Shown piece after piece: positions 31,301 to 41,989 of a DNA stretch of 64,000 nt. Within the stretch, counting starts at the first letter, position 1; the number at the start of each line of letters is the position of its first letter. The translations under genes were made by a program, and so were the position numbers. The stretch comes from Candidatus Latescibacterota bacterium (GTDB lineage Bacteria > Latescibacterota > UBA2968 > SICM01): NCBI GenBank assembly GCA_965217865.1, contig CBDCJO010000002.1, forward strand, positions 3,488,001 through 3,552,000, given 5' to 3'. The notes below the pieces were generated by a model. That model saw nothing but the letters and a program-made list of their open reading frames with translations, made no database searches and was not told where the DNA came from.

Positions 31301-31464
31301 GGACCCACCAGCCCCTCCAGGTTTCGCAAAGCCCGGTCCGGATCCCGGAACCCCATCCGTCCCAGTTCCCCCCGGGCCTCATCCGGGGTTTTTAGCAGTT
31401 TGGCCGTTAGCGCCCTAGCGGATATATCGGAGTCAAAAAGAGACATAAAAAGCGATGCGTTCAA
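28336..31464 (-). CDS. glnE: bifunctional glutamine synthetase adenylyltransferase/adenylyl-removing enzyme
   Basis: duplicated nucleotidyltransferase domains GLGKLGGMELNFSSDVD / GLGKMGGRELNFGSDLD, VDLRLRPDG, GGIRDIEF. Confidence 0.95.
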   Translation of the reverse strand: MNASLFMSLFDSDISARALTAKLLKTPDEARGELGRMGFRDPDRALRNLEGLVGPETTGTLPSVLFRELVETPDPDMALNNFERLTRSVFSPSGFFHELEDRPETCRILVRLLGSSQFVADVLVRDPQYFYWLTETPDRLSKPSTKAELIKTFERAVGAFEGLDHRLNGVRRAARRELLRIGASDLMDNRPIQDVTAELSTLADVCLQKLLDLLTPELDARYGTPRNTEGSRAEFVIMGLGKLGGMELNFSSDVDLMFLYSEEGETDGGESHHRPLTNQAYFSRLAERVVEAATEVTEEGFLYRVDLRLRPDGSSGALTMPLAGYEGYYVRRGELWERQMLIKARPCAGSEDLGKRFLAAVQPFVYPRHFEVSPVREIHRTKGRIEERIGRKGKGETHLKLRSGGIRDIEFIVQCLQLMVGRIHIDARSGNTLQALSELKRVFALSPGEREVLEEAYLFFRRLEHRMQMMHGLSDYNLPETEADQAMIARNLGFSSKEAYRAALEGHLEGVQGIYLEIFSAAPEGEGRSVGALCEMEVGDPEAVALLQKLGFAQPEAAHRNLVFLAFGNVPRIRGTRARESFMALAPALMETLEASADPDQGLSNLERLVSAYGAGDTLFRILSSDWGLRDLMLKVCAGSQYLVNLVVRNPSLLDWLTRSNVLLRESSAADFETELDVRMNRADTDDARMAALNGFKSRELLRIGTRDLLGLTGTFETFEALTHLADTLLKKVYQVAFEGLSARWGTPRKADGSPAEFVVLGLGKMGGRELNFGSDLDIVFVYSSDGETDGPQAQGNLQFFVDLAQQIITMLEQGTVYGKLYPVDSRLRPEGGSALLALSYEAYDRYLEKRASTWERLALSRSRVVAGDAGFGKRMMGRFEEFVLGEGLSESEIDELVDIRRRIQAKGGKSRSESLSIKTSPGGILDIEFIAQIMQIRHGRRSPGVRSVNTLESLNRLTKEGFLTDEDAAHLKGGFSFLRSVEKVMRRQDERARTRLPSNQLALTALARAVNFKEPESFLAAVREEMARTRGIFERLIGKPN

Positions 31465-31520
31465 CTTGAACAGTCGATTTCATAACCCGCGCCTCAAGCT
31501 TCAAGTCCTCTGGATCCTGG

Positions 31521-31862
<342 letters not shown>

Positions 31863-32089
31863 TCACCTCCCTCGAGGAACGCTTTTACTTCTCTTAATTT
31901 CCCATCAGATCACCTTATGACAAGGTATCTGCGCCAATCAAAAGCGTCAAGTAGAAATACTTTTGGTTTCTTGGGCTACGGCCGGAGATTTGGGGAAACT
32001 TTTTTCCCGTTTATATATCACAAGCCCACTGAAACTATCATGGCCCTCTTATTTCTACTTTGGGATCTTTCACGCAGAAGTATGGATAT

Positions 32090-32470
32090 AGCAGCTTCCT
32101 GGTGAAGCGTATCAACGGCTTGATCCCGGAGTCAAGGGCTCTTTGACACCAGGCGTCGAGCCATCTGGCTGCCCAGGCTTTGCGTTTGTAGATCCAGACT
32201 CGTTTCAGGTCCTCTTTGAGGATGTAGGCGGTGTTCAAACGTTGATTGATGGCCAGGAGATCGCGGAGTCGGGCTGGCTCATCGCGGTCGGTTAGCAAGT
32301 TCTTTCTGTTTTTGAGAAGTAGGTATTTGGTTCCTCGGATGATAGCCTTGTTGTCCTTGGAGGCTTTTCCACATTCATCGATCCGAACCCGATCGATTAC
32401 TTTCTGGGCATAGATCTGGAGCAGGTGGAAGGGATCATAGACCGTGGCAGCGTCAGGACAATGCTTGCGC
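32090..32470 (-). pseudogene. ISL3-family transposase internal fragment
   Basis: VYDPFHL, KYLLLKN, LNTAYILKEDL, W...ALDSGIKPL. Confidence 0.75.
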
Positions 32471-33408
32471 TTCGCCTTGGCATCGTAGTATCTATTGATC
32501 GGTTCTGACCATCTCTGAGCGACGAGGATGATTTCTGAGAAGGCCCACTTTAGGTGTGGGTTGCCGATTTTGTTATTCCCGTCCTTTGTCTTCTTCCCAG
32601 CGGACTCTCTCTCAACTTTGATCAGCCTGCTGTAGGAGGAGAAGGCTGAAGCGGATTTGAACCGTTCAATCGTGTGGATTTCATACAGGATGGTCATGGC
32701 CAGCATCTCCCCCAAGTCCGGGAACCGTCATCAGGATAGACAGGGCATTCCGATCGTGATGTTTGGCCTGTGCCAAGACTTGCTTTTCGACTTTGTAGAT
32801 CATTTTGTCCAGGGAGTCAACCAGGTCCAGATCGCAGTCTACAGACATACCCAAATCTGGGTCGGGCAGACGTTCGCACAGCTTTCTCCTGCTGCTCTTC
32901 TTTTTGACCTGATCGCTGAGAGGATCCAGGATAGCCTGCTGAGAGAAGGTGTTCTGGATGTGGGTGTAACACTCAGCCCGTAGGGCCACAAACCGGTGTC
33001 TTCGCCGGAGCAGGTCCCGGGTTGCCCGCATCTCTTGCGGATAGGCAAGGCATAGGCCATCGGGAACAGGTTGCAGCGCATCAGCTCTGCCAGCATTCTG
33101 GAATCGAGACGGTCGTTCTTCTTCTTGCCCCCGTGGATCGCCTTCATATACAGGGCGTGTCCCAGGTAGAATGGAATCCCGGCCTTGTGACACCCGTCAG
33201 CCAGCCAGTACCAGTTGAAGGTTGACTCAACCCCGACGGCGATGCTACTGAGGTGAGTTTCCAGCACTTGGAGCAAGAGTTTGAAGTCGTTTTTCAGGTT
33301 GCGCTGGAACACAATCTCTCCCATCTTGTCCATGATGCAGACAAACATCGTTCTGGCGTGGAGATCGATGCCACAAAAATAGTTCGAGTCGATCCTTGCG
33401 TATTGCAT
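32470..33408 (-). pseudogene. IS110-family recombinase, frameshifted and 3'-truncated
   Basis: GIDLH, VESTFNW, KNDRLD (DEDD RuvC-like), VPG.G, ESAGK, GN.HLKWAF spread over three frames. Confidence 0.85.
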
Positions 33409-33602
33409 AAGGCCCTCCTGTGGGAGAAAGTTGATTGAGATGTCCGAATCCCAATTATAACCTCTCCTGACAACGAGGGCCTTTATATTAATATCACGGC
33501 GTGTGCGAGCTTCGGGGCATACGCCCCTTCGCCAAAACCCTGTTCCAGGGTTCGCACATGGGCGTTTTGTACAAGCCTAAGCTGGTTACGACCGATCCGA
33601 AT

Positions 33603-33863
33603 CTTTGAGAAGATGGCCACTACTTTGTTTAGGATGTCCCGTTCTTCCCGCGCGATGTCAAGATCTCGACGTAAACAGCGGTTCTCCTCCTCCAAAGGCT
33701 TCTGGTGACCTGTACCCGGGAACGCATCGATCGGGTCTGCCTCCAGCTCATCACGCCAGCGCCGGATCGCCCCCTGGTATAATCCCAGGTCCCGTTCTAT
33801 CTGCCGGTCCGTCTTTCCACTGGTGTCAGCCAGACGCACCGACTCTCTCTTGAACTCAGAATC
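33603..33863 (-). mobile_element. internal orfA fragment of the 14821-16094 IS3 element
   Basis: near-identical to about 15729-15989. Confidence 0.85.
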
Positions 33864-34112
33864 AGTCCTCCGGCGTGGCGGCGTTTTGGATGGTTCAGAT
33901 ACCCGGGAAAGGGAGGGGAAAGGAGCATCGGTAATGCGACGAAAAATCCCGGTCCTTGTCTCATTGACCTTCCCTGATGATGTCCCGCGGCCTTGATAAT
34001 CCTTTTAAATCAGATAAATCGGACCCTTTACTTCTCCCGGCAAACGAATGTTGATGCCTTCTGTGGAAGCGATTGGACCCTGACGTTTTTTTCAATCTGC
34101 AATCTTCGATCT

Positions 34113-35453
34113 TCATTCCCCTGGCCCCTGATCTTTCGCAATTTTTCCAAAGTCATCAGCAAAGATAAAAAAATCGTCGAAGTCGACGAGACCGCTCTTG
34201 TCCAGATCAAAAACCGGATCCGTTCCCCCGAAGGCCTCCGCGAACATAAAGAAATCGTCGAAGTCGATCCTCCCGTCCCCATCGAAATCAGTATCCGAAA
34301 CCGCAACCTGGATGTCCAGCGGGGGCAGACCCGATCCCGTTAAGGACACCCCGAACACTTCCCGTTCGGGATCGTTCGTCAAGAACGTCAACTCGTGGGT
34401 AGACATGACTTCGTCGATCGGCCGGTACACGATCGAGATCTCCCGGGATTCTCCCGCCGGAACCGTCACGGACGAATCCCCGATACTGAAAGACTGATTC
34501 CCGGAGGAGGCTCGAATCTCCAGGTCCTCCCCACCCGGACCGGCCCCATTCGATACGATCAAATTCAGAGTCCGGGAGGAACCTACGAAAACGTTTCCGA
34601 AGTTAAGCTTATCCGTCATTACGGACAGTACCGCAGGCAGAGGTGTCCACCGAAGGATGATCGACTGCTCCGCGGTATCCCCCTTGGTGTCCGATATGAT
34701 CAACAGAACCCGAATATCTTGGCCCAGCACCTCTGGCTTGGGTGTGAAACTCAGAGCCCCTCCTTCGGTTCCTTTTTCCCTGACCCCGATCAACTCCGGA
34801 TCGAAACCCTCGGCGCGCCATACCAGATCTTGAGGGTCGTCCTCTTCGTCGGAGCCGTATGAGGCCAGGTCGATCTCGATGGGTTCTGTCCCGGAGCCGG
34901 ACTGGTCAGGAATCAATGAGGTGATGGTTGGAGGGGTATTCGGAGGGGGAAGCAAAGACTGGATGGTGGAGACGATGGCACTCTCATTGAAGCGACTTCC
35001 AGGACTTCCTGAAGACACCCATCGGACGACTCCCCCCTGATCGATAACGATGAAGTTGTTGTTGCCCAATCTGTACTGGCTCCCCACCCGGCCGCCTTTG
35101 GTTAGAACCGGATAGGTCGTCTTGGTCAACCCGACGAAAATTTTCCTTACGTCATCCGGATTCCCGTCCCACACATCAATGCCGATGGCTTGAAACTCCT
35201 GATCCTTAAACCGCTGCCAGATTTTGTTCTCAACGGACGAACCGTCCGAGATGCAATCCGGTCATCTCCACCCGAAGAAGTTGACGAACACCACCTTTCC
35301 ACGGTAGTCGGACAGAGAATAATTCCTGTTATCCAACCCCTTCAACGTGAAATCCAGAGCGTTGTCCCCAACCCTCACCGCGGAGACGGCAGGCGCGTTC
35401 GGTCCAGCATACCAGAGGACCAGTCCTAAGAATAACCAAATGACCCTTTTCAT
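34113..35453 (-). CDS. exported selenoprotein: TlpA/AhpC-TSA redoxin (UxxC) plus Ig-like/ASH domains and dockerin/EF-hand-like tail
   Basis: ORFs 35262-35486 and 34113-35174 share one frame, separated by TGA (35264-35262) in VNFFGWR-U-PDC at the CxxC position; SECIS-like hairpin follows. Confidence 0.8.
35228..35251 (-). promoter_or_regulatory. bacterial SECIS-like hairpin
   Basis: TCT-CGGACG-GTT-CGTCCG-TTGAGA; apical loop starts with G about 20 nt after the UGA. Confidence 0.6.
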
Positions 35454-35613
35454 ATCGAACCATCTTCCTCTCATCGGTTCCGACACTGGACATGCTAGGC
35501 ATGGGCGACATCGCGCAGGGCCAATAACAGCCCTTCGGTCTCATCACTTGCTTCACTGAAGGATACTCGGATTTCTTCTCTTTACTTTCGTTTCGCCGCT
35601 TATTGAGACCCGA

Positions 35614-36243
35614 TCACGGATCACGCTTTGCCTCGTGCTCAAATGCTCTGATCCGGCCAACGCAAGGCTCGATGATTGTGTCGATATCCGGCACTAAGCC
35701 CATTGTGCGCACCATAGCGAATGCCTTGATCTTCGCATGCGGAAATATGTCGTGAACGCGAGACGCACAAGCGAGCAACGTGCACCCCTTGGTGACGATG
35801 TCATCAACCAAAAGGATACGTGTCGGCTTCAGCAACTCGTCCGCCACCGAGATTGAATCGTAATGCGTTTTGACATTGGGGCGGGAGCCCTGCGCTTGAA
35901 ACGCCGACTTCTGTACCTGGTGATCACGTCGAACGTTGCACATTACGTTGTTCGCAAGTCCTTCCTCCAGCAACACATTGCAGATCTGCTCGCTAACCCA
36001 CAATACCAATTCGTTCTTGCGCGGGGCGCTCCCCGGAACTGGCATCAGCACCACATCGTTCCCAAAAAAGTTCCCAAACTTGTTATCGGCAAGGTGCCGG
36101 CGAACTTGTGCCGCCATCTTTAACAGAGCCGGCTTGTGCGCGCACTTTACCCAATCGCGTATACATCTTGATTGCTTCGCTGTCTCCGATTTGCCCCTTG
36201 GGGAATAGATGTAGCAGGACGCGAAATGGAGTTCAGAAAGCAA
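35614..36243 (-). CDS. ComF-like phosphoribosyltransferase (partner of DprA-like protein)
   Basis: LMPVPGS; PRPP-binding loop ILLVDDIVTKGCTL; TTG start overlaps the dprA-like stop. Confidence 0.8.
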   Translation of the reverse strand: MLSELHFASCYIYSPRGKSETAKQSRCIRDWVKCAHKPALLKMAAQVRRHLADNKFGNFFGNDVVLMPVPGSAPRKNELVLWVSEQICNVLLEEGLANNVMCNVRRDHQVQKSAFQAQGSRPNVKTHYDSISVADELLKPTRILLVDDIVTKGCTLLACASRVHDIFPHAKIKAFAMVRTMGLVPDIDTIIEPCVGRIRAFEHEAKRDP

Positions 36244-36970
36244 ACGCTTCGACCTCCTTGCGATCAGTGTAGGCCGGCAGATTGTCGAGAACAAACGTTA
36301 GGTTCTCTCTGGCCAACTTCTGTGCGCCGTAGGATATCATTTCTTGTGGCCATGACAAGCGCTTATCTTCGGCGACGTTATCCATTATGAAAACGTCTCT
36401 GCCGAGCCTGAGTGCTTCCCAGCCTTGATGCTGAGTGCCACTCTTTTTACTCGCCTCAACGATCACCGTTGCATCGGTAAGCAAAGCCATGGTGCGATTC
36501 CGCATTGGGAAGTTTTTAGGCGTCGCTGGATAGCCAGTCGGAAACTGCGAAACCGCCGCGTGCTCCGACATAATTTTTAGCTGCAAAGCTTTGTTCTCGG
36601 CCGGATAGAACGTGTCCAATGGTGTGCCGAGCACAGCAATGGTGTGCCCGCCGAGCTTCATTGCCGTTTCGTGCGCAACAGCATCGACACCAGCGGCCAA
36701 TCCGCTGACGACAATTATATCCTGACCAATAAGTTCCTTAACGAGATTTCGCGCACGCTTGACGCCAGCGTCGCTGACCTTCCTCGATCCGACCACGGAT
36801 ACACGCCGACCAGCACGAAGCAGGTCGACATCGCCAGCAACGTAGAGCTGATTCGGCGCGTTCTTCTCCTCGATATTATTAAGCTGGCCGAGCAATTCAT
36901 TGAGTCTATAGCTTCGTTGGTTCATAGCTGGATGGGAAGCGCGCTGAGCACCTGATTTGAGATTCGCCAC
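36233..36970 (-). CDS. DprA/Smf-like protein (Rossmann domain only)
   Basis: VSVVGSR, VVSGLAAGVD..AH, TIAVLGTP, FPMRNR, VEASKKSGT. Confidence 0.9.
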   Translation of the reverse strand: MANLKSGAQRASHPAMNQRSYRLNELLGQLNNIEEKNAPNQLYVAGDVDLLRAGRRVSVVGSRKVSDAGVKRARNLVKELIGQDIIVVSGLAAGVDAVAHETAMKLGGHTIAVLGTPLDTFYPAENKALQLKIMSEHAAVSQFPTGYPATPKNFPMRNRTMALLTDATVIVEASKKSGTQHQGWEALRLGRDVFIMDNVAEDKRLSWPQEMISYGAQKLARENLTFVLDNLPAYTDRKEVEAFAF

Positions 36971-37202
36971 TGGGGGCCTCCTATTTCAATGTATAGCGTC
37001 CCAACACCAACGCTAAGTGCATAATCCTCGGATGTTTACGGCCAAGGCTGTCCGAGAGTGGTTGGTTCGAAGATGTAGCAGGCTTCAATTACGTTGTATA
37101 CCGCTTCATTCCAGGTGGTTGGCATTTCTTCGACTCCTTTTGCGTGATTGTGATTTACTTTCCACCGACTTTTTGAAACAGGAGGAATGATGTCGGCTTG
37201 GT

Positions 37203-37280
37203 TATATCTTTTTTCTGAGATCGCCCGAAAAGACGGGGGCAAGGTCGAAGCAGGATCCTGGTTGCCTATAGGTTGAAGGG
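37203..37280 (+). mobile_element. isolated left-end copy of the 9571-11137 IS
   Basis: reverse complement of about 11058-11135 with few mismatches. Confidence 0.75.
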
Positions 37281-37619
37281 CCTATATGTGGGGAGCTACT
37301 GGCGACCAAATTGAGGGTTTTTTTGTTGGTACAAAAGACGATCTAGAATGGTATAGGGACAGAGGGGGGGTATACCAAGAATCCGAGATGCTTTGTACCA
37401 CGCCTCGACTCGACCGCCAGGGGGTCGCTCTCGTCCGATTTATCCCTGCGGACTGCTTTGGAAAATTCCTTAACTCGTTTACTATAAATGATTTACTAAT
37501 TCATCGAAGATGCTCGTCCCCCCATTATGTCCACCGGGACGAAACGGATTTCCCCAGACCCTATTGGCCGTTGACGGAGGTGCGTCGGCTCCGGAACGCC
37601 TCGCGCCCGAGGCGGACCG

Positions 37620-37830
37620 GCTGACGATGCATGGCTTCCGGGCCATGGCGCGAACGATTCTGGACGAGGTGCTGGGGTTTCGGTTCGACTTCATCGAGCA
37701 CCGGCTGGCCCACGCGGTCACGGATCCCAACGACGGGGCTTACAACCGGTCGTCGTTCCTACAGGAACGACGACGGATGATGCAGGTTTTGGCCGACTAC
37801 CTGGACCGGCTCAAGGCTGGCGAAGACGCC
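37620..37830 (+). pseudogene. P4-like tyrosine integrase C-terminal fragment
   Basis: HGFRAMART.LDE, IE.RLAH, AYNR...L.ERRRMMQ..ADYLD. Confidence 0.8.
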
Positions 37831-37834
37831 GAAG

Positions 37835-38440
37835 CAAAGACGTTGGCATTGGGGTCTTCTGACACTCTTGCGCCTTTCCCTCGACCCTGGTCGGCCACGC
37901 AGTTTGACAGAAGAAGAGGAGTCCCTGATCGCAGAAATCGCGACAGCGCCTCCCCAGGCCTTTGGCCGTCCTTTCAACCAGTGGTCTCTGAGGAAGCTGA
38001 GGGATTTTCTGGTTGAAAAGAGACTGATTCAGCCGGTCAGTCACAACGTCATCCGTCGCGTCCTGAAGAATCGAAAGATTACTTATCAGCGAACCCGGAC
38101 CTGGAAGCGATCCAACGACCCGGCATACGACGCTAAAAAAAACGCATCAAAGCGCTCTACAAGAAGGCCCCACAAAGGTGCTCGGTAATCTGCTTCGACG
38201 AATTCGGACCCATCCAGGTCAAACCACAACACGGTAACGCTTGGGCGCCACAGAAAAGCCCTGTCAGACTCCGTGCCACCTACCGCCGGTTTCAAAGGCG
38301 TGAGCCACTTTTTAGCGGCGTATGATGTTCATCAAGACCGCCTGTGGATGCATCAGAAAAAGCGCAAACGATGGCAGGAGGTCCTCCGTTTTCTCAAATC
38401 GATTCGACGGCGATACCCGAAGGACAGACGCCTATACATT
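37835..38440 (+). mobile_element. IS630-family transposase fragment
   Basis: GRPR...WSLRKL...TWKRSNDP.YDAKK with A8C slippery site, then CFDEFGP. Confidence 0.8.
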
Positions 38441-38788
38441 GTCCCACCCTTTGGGTGTCAATTCCCAATAACCTCGACCAGATTCTGGTGGCGGTTTCAC
38501 AAGGCCTTGGGTTTTTGCGCTCTGGTTTGCCCAAGCAATGTTGTGCCGCCATCTCGGTACCCCATGAGAAACTGACTCATTGTAATAGGGGTGCTCGAAT
38601 ATTTCAGCAAACTCCTCATATATTGCTTCTTCAACCTGCTTTTTTGCCGCCCTTCCGCCAAGGTTCCGAAGGGTCCTCAGGATATGTACGACGAGCTCTT
38701 GCTGGGAAACCCGAGTTTGTTCCTGACCATCATCGGGAGATTGGTTAATTTCAATGGGACGGGTAACTGGCTCGTAGGTAGTAAAATT
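38432..38788 (-). pseudogene. Mrr N-terminal-like winged-helix domain fragment
   Basis: ILRTLRNLGG, RWRHNIAWA, RGYWELTPKG; 5' end replaced by IS end. Confidence 0.65.
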
Positions 38789-38912
38789 GTATCTATTCTG
38801 AGATAACAAGAGAAAAGTAGATAAAGGTCCAAGCAAGATTCAGGCAGCCTTGTGGATGGTCTGGGATGTTCTTTGCCGATTGATTTCTATGCGGCGCTGC
38901 CGAGCCTCCTCC
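38789..38912 (-). mobile_element. right-end copy of the 9571-11137 IS
   Basis: near-identical to 9571-9695, including the transposase C-terminus KEEARQRR...HKAA. Confidence 0.85.
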
Positions 38913-40381
38913 TTGGCACTGCCCCAGGGGGGATTGCCGACAATGACATGGGCCTTTATGGGTAAAGCCGCGGCTTCCGTGAAGAAATCAGCCCAACGGA
39001 TTGTCCCTACTGGTAGATTCGTAGTGGTCTCGCCAGGGATGGAAACTAAGTGAGGAAGATTCCACTTTCCGAGCAGTTTCTGGATGTCAGGAGGCGACAA
39101 CTGATCCAGGAAAGCAAGGTAAAGGCTGAATGCCGTGATCTGACAGGCACTTCGGTTGCTGTCCACGCCGTAAAGGTTGGTGCGGAGAACGTCCATGAGG
39201 CCGTTAGCCCGGCGGTCGTAACGTGCTCCGGGATTCTTCAACTTCCATTCTTCGGCAAGCCGGTTGAACAGTCCGACGAGGAAAATGCCTGAGCCGCAAG
39301 CAGGATCGAGGAATCTCTTGTCGAGAAGTGAAGTTTCACCCTCCAAGGCCACGTCCAAAACAAATTCTGCCAGAAACCTGGGGGTGTAAAAGGCTCCGGC
39401 TTCCTTCTTCTGCTCCTCTCCGGCAGCCTTAAGGAAGTGTTCGTAAATCGCACTGATGGTTTCAATCGGGATGAAACCGAAATCGTAGGGCCAGAAGGCT
39501 TGCTGTCCTGATTGAACATTGGTGCCGTGGAAGAAGCGATCAAGGATTTCAAGATGCTCAACCTTGATCTGCCTACTTTCTTCCTTCAGGTCGGCACTGA
39601 AAAGATCGCCGTTTAAGTCGTTGGCAAGTCGGCTGAACAGCTTGTAGAGATCGGCCTTGGCATCCGTCCGGGGCTTCTTGGCAAGAATGTCCTTCAAGTG
39701 ATCCGCGCCGTGGATACGAAACGTCTTGAGGTAGGCCCTGTCGATAATGCCACGATCGAACAGGTAGCAGGCGAAAACCAAGCGGCAAAGAAGTGCATCG
39801 AGTGTCTGCGGCTCAAGCCGTGCGGCTTGGACCCGGCTAAGCTCCTGCCGTGTGGCCTGAAGGTTGCGGAGCAATTCTCGGTCAACCCGTTTACGTGGAT
39901 CAAAGGAACGCCGGTAGACGTAAAAATACTCACCGGATTCAACTGACAGCAGGAAAGACTGAAGCTGATCCTGAACGCGATTAAGCATCTCGACAAATCC
40001 AGGTGCCCGTCCAGCTTCGGTCAGAGTATCCGCCGGGGGAATTAGCCCTGAATAGACGTGAACATCGTCTGGAGCAACGATGACCAAGATCGGAGCGATC
40101 CCTTGGTTCCAGAAGGAACGATGAAGACGAAGGATGCCTTCCGGGTCAATTTTCTCGACTTGACAGAAGTAGATAATCGGCTGGAGGCCCCCATCAGGAC
40201 CAGCTCGATCTTGGCAGAGGACTCCGTTGATTCCAAGTTGTTCAAAGGCTCGCCGAAGGGCATGCAGCTGCGGCACCTTTCCCGCCGCGTATTCAAGTTG
40301 GTCCACGCTTGAAAAGAAATGCGGCGGCTTTCGGCCATCAAGGCCAAAATCTTTCTTCCAGTCTTTTTTGGTAGTGGTCAT
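38913..40381 (-). pseudogene. N6-adenine DNA methyltransferase of type IIG-like R-M protein, 3'-truncated
   Basis: GAFYTP, LDPACGSGIFL, VGNPPWG immediately joined to IS sequence. Confidence 0.85.
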
Positions 40382-40530
40382 TTTCGTGCTAACATCTTAC
40401 AGTTTGATCCGTTATGGGTTCTGCAAGGAACTTGCACGCCCAGCTCATCATGAGGGACGATAAAGCGTTCAGAAATACGAAAAGCGGATATGGTAGAATT
40501 CATGAATCATGATGCATTTAACCCAACTTC

Positions 40531-40594
40531 GCCTAACGTTTGCCGCTCAGCCGCGGCCGCGAAGCGGCCGTCGGCCTGCAGCGGCGCGTTAGAC
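40531..40594 (+). other. integron attC site
   Basis: GCCTAAC (RYYYAAC) ... GTTAGAC (GTTRRRY), 64 bp, internal imperfect palindrome GCCGCT.CAG / CTG.CAGCGGC. Confidence 0.75.
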
Positions 40595-41168
40595 AGCGTA
40601 CGTCCCTGGAACCGCGAGTTCGTTGCAAGTCGTCTCCGCACTAGCCCGACCCCGGAATGCAGTAATATAGCCGTTTGGCCGGAAGCTGTCAACCAGGGAG
40701 GCTTCAGATCCGAGCGATCAGAAGCGGTCGCGACCCGTTGGATGACGGCGAGGTTCGAGACATTGAACTTCGCCCCGGCCTTTTCAGGATCTCCAAAAAC
40801 TCCAGGGCCGTCACGCCGACCTGAAGCCAGTGACAAAAAGTCGGCTGATTCCCGCACCCTCCAGGCGTCCATGTTCCACAACTTTCTCAAATACAAGAGG
40901 TTTCTCTCTCTGGCGTGAGGGTGAGCGGTCAGGAAAAGGGTGCAGTTGGGGAGCCGGTCCCAATGTGGAAGAAACGACTGATATGACTGGAAAAACGGGA
41001 ATCGGTCTTGACGTCTTGACATGGTTTCCGCCTCGACGGTGCGGGCGTAATTACGATATATCCTTTCAATACAGCATGTTACGTCTCACAAACAGAGAAT
41101 GGTTCCGGGGAAAGGATCATATGGGGAGCCATATTCCAATCCGCCAACTTCGGCGGTCGTCCGTTAAC

Positions 41169-41203
41169 GCAAGACCCCGTGGGGCAACCCTTCGGGGTCT
41201 TGC
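41169..41203. terminator. strong hairpin, terminator- or attenuator-like
   Basis: GCAAGACCCCG ... CGGGGTCTTGC 11-bp stem; weak T tract. Confidence 0.4.
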
Positions 41204-41989
41204 CGTTTCTGCCGTATTCACAAACGCTTGTGCCACCTCTCCCCCTCTCTGCCGGGTCTCTGTCTCGAAGCGTTTTCCCCGGTGTCCGAGCACAACCGTG
41301 GGGACTGCGTCCGTTGAGCAGAGATATCTCTTCCGGATTCTCTGATTCTCTGTTTTTCGCGTTGGCCTTGTTTAACAGCCCGGTTGCGTCCTTTCGACGT
41401 TTCGGAAGATCCTCCGGCAAGTATTCACAGGAAGCCGGACCCGATGGGTCCGGTCACCGGCTTACGACAGATCACCGGACAGCGGAAGCGGCCGTGCGCC
41501 CGGAGTCCGAAACCGTAGTTGGTGCAGCCCCCAGTCCCAGCCCGAGCGACGCCTTCTCCGGCAATTTTAGCAAGGCTTATCAAAGGCGCGCGCGGTTCTC
41601 CCAAGGCGTGCGGGGAGATCCGGAAGGTCCGGTTCGTGGCCGCCTCTACGAGGGCTCTCCAGCATGGAATCCACACCTGGCGATCGTGTTCAGGGATGAG
41701 CGGCCGGGGAAACGATAGGAGGGGAACGCCATGCCGCAGAACCCAACGCTGGAGGAGTGGTGTCTGCTGACGTTGCGCCTGCGCATCGCGGGCTGGAGCT
41801 GGTCCCGGTCGTGGATGCCGGCGTCGATCATGCTGTCGCCCGTTAACCGACCCTTACGCTTGCCATCAGAGACAAGGGGAGCTACATTCGAAAGGTGTGG
41901 AAAAAGAGAGAAGGCGACCCTAAACTTCCCGTGAGATAGAAATATCCGCAAGATGCCGGGTGATTGGCCCGGTGGGAAGGAGGATCGCC

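Noticed and set aside
33409-33495. IS110 bridge RNA
   Set aside because: Only about 85 nt of 5' non-coding end with one AAGGCCCTC/GAGGGCCTT stem; the 3' end of the element is missing and the recombinase is frameshifted, so it cannot be supported
37203-38912. Composite transposon formed by the two orphan IS ends
   Set aside because: Both ends point the same way (terminus on the left), so they do not enclose the intervening DNA
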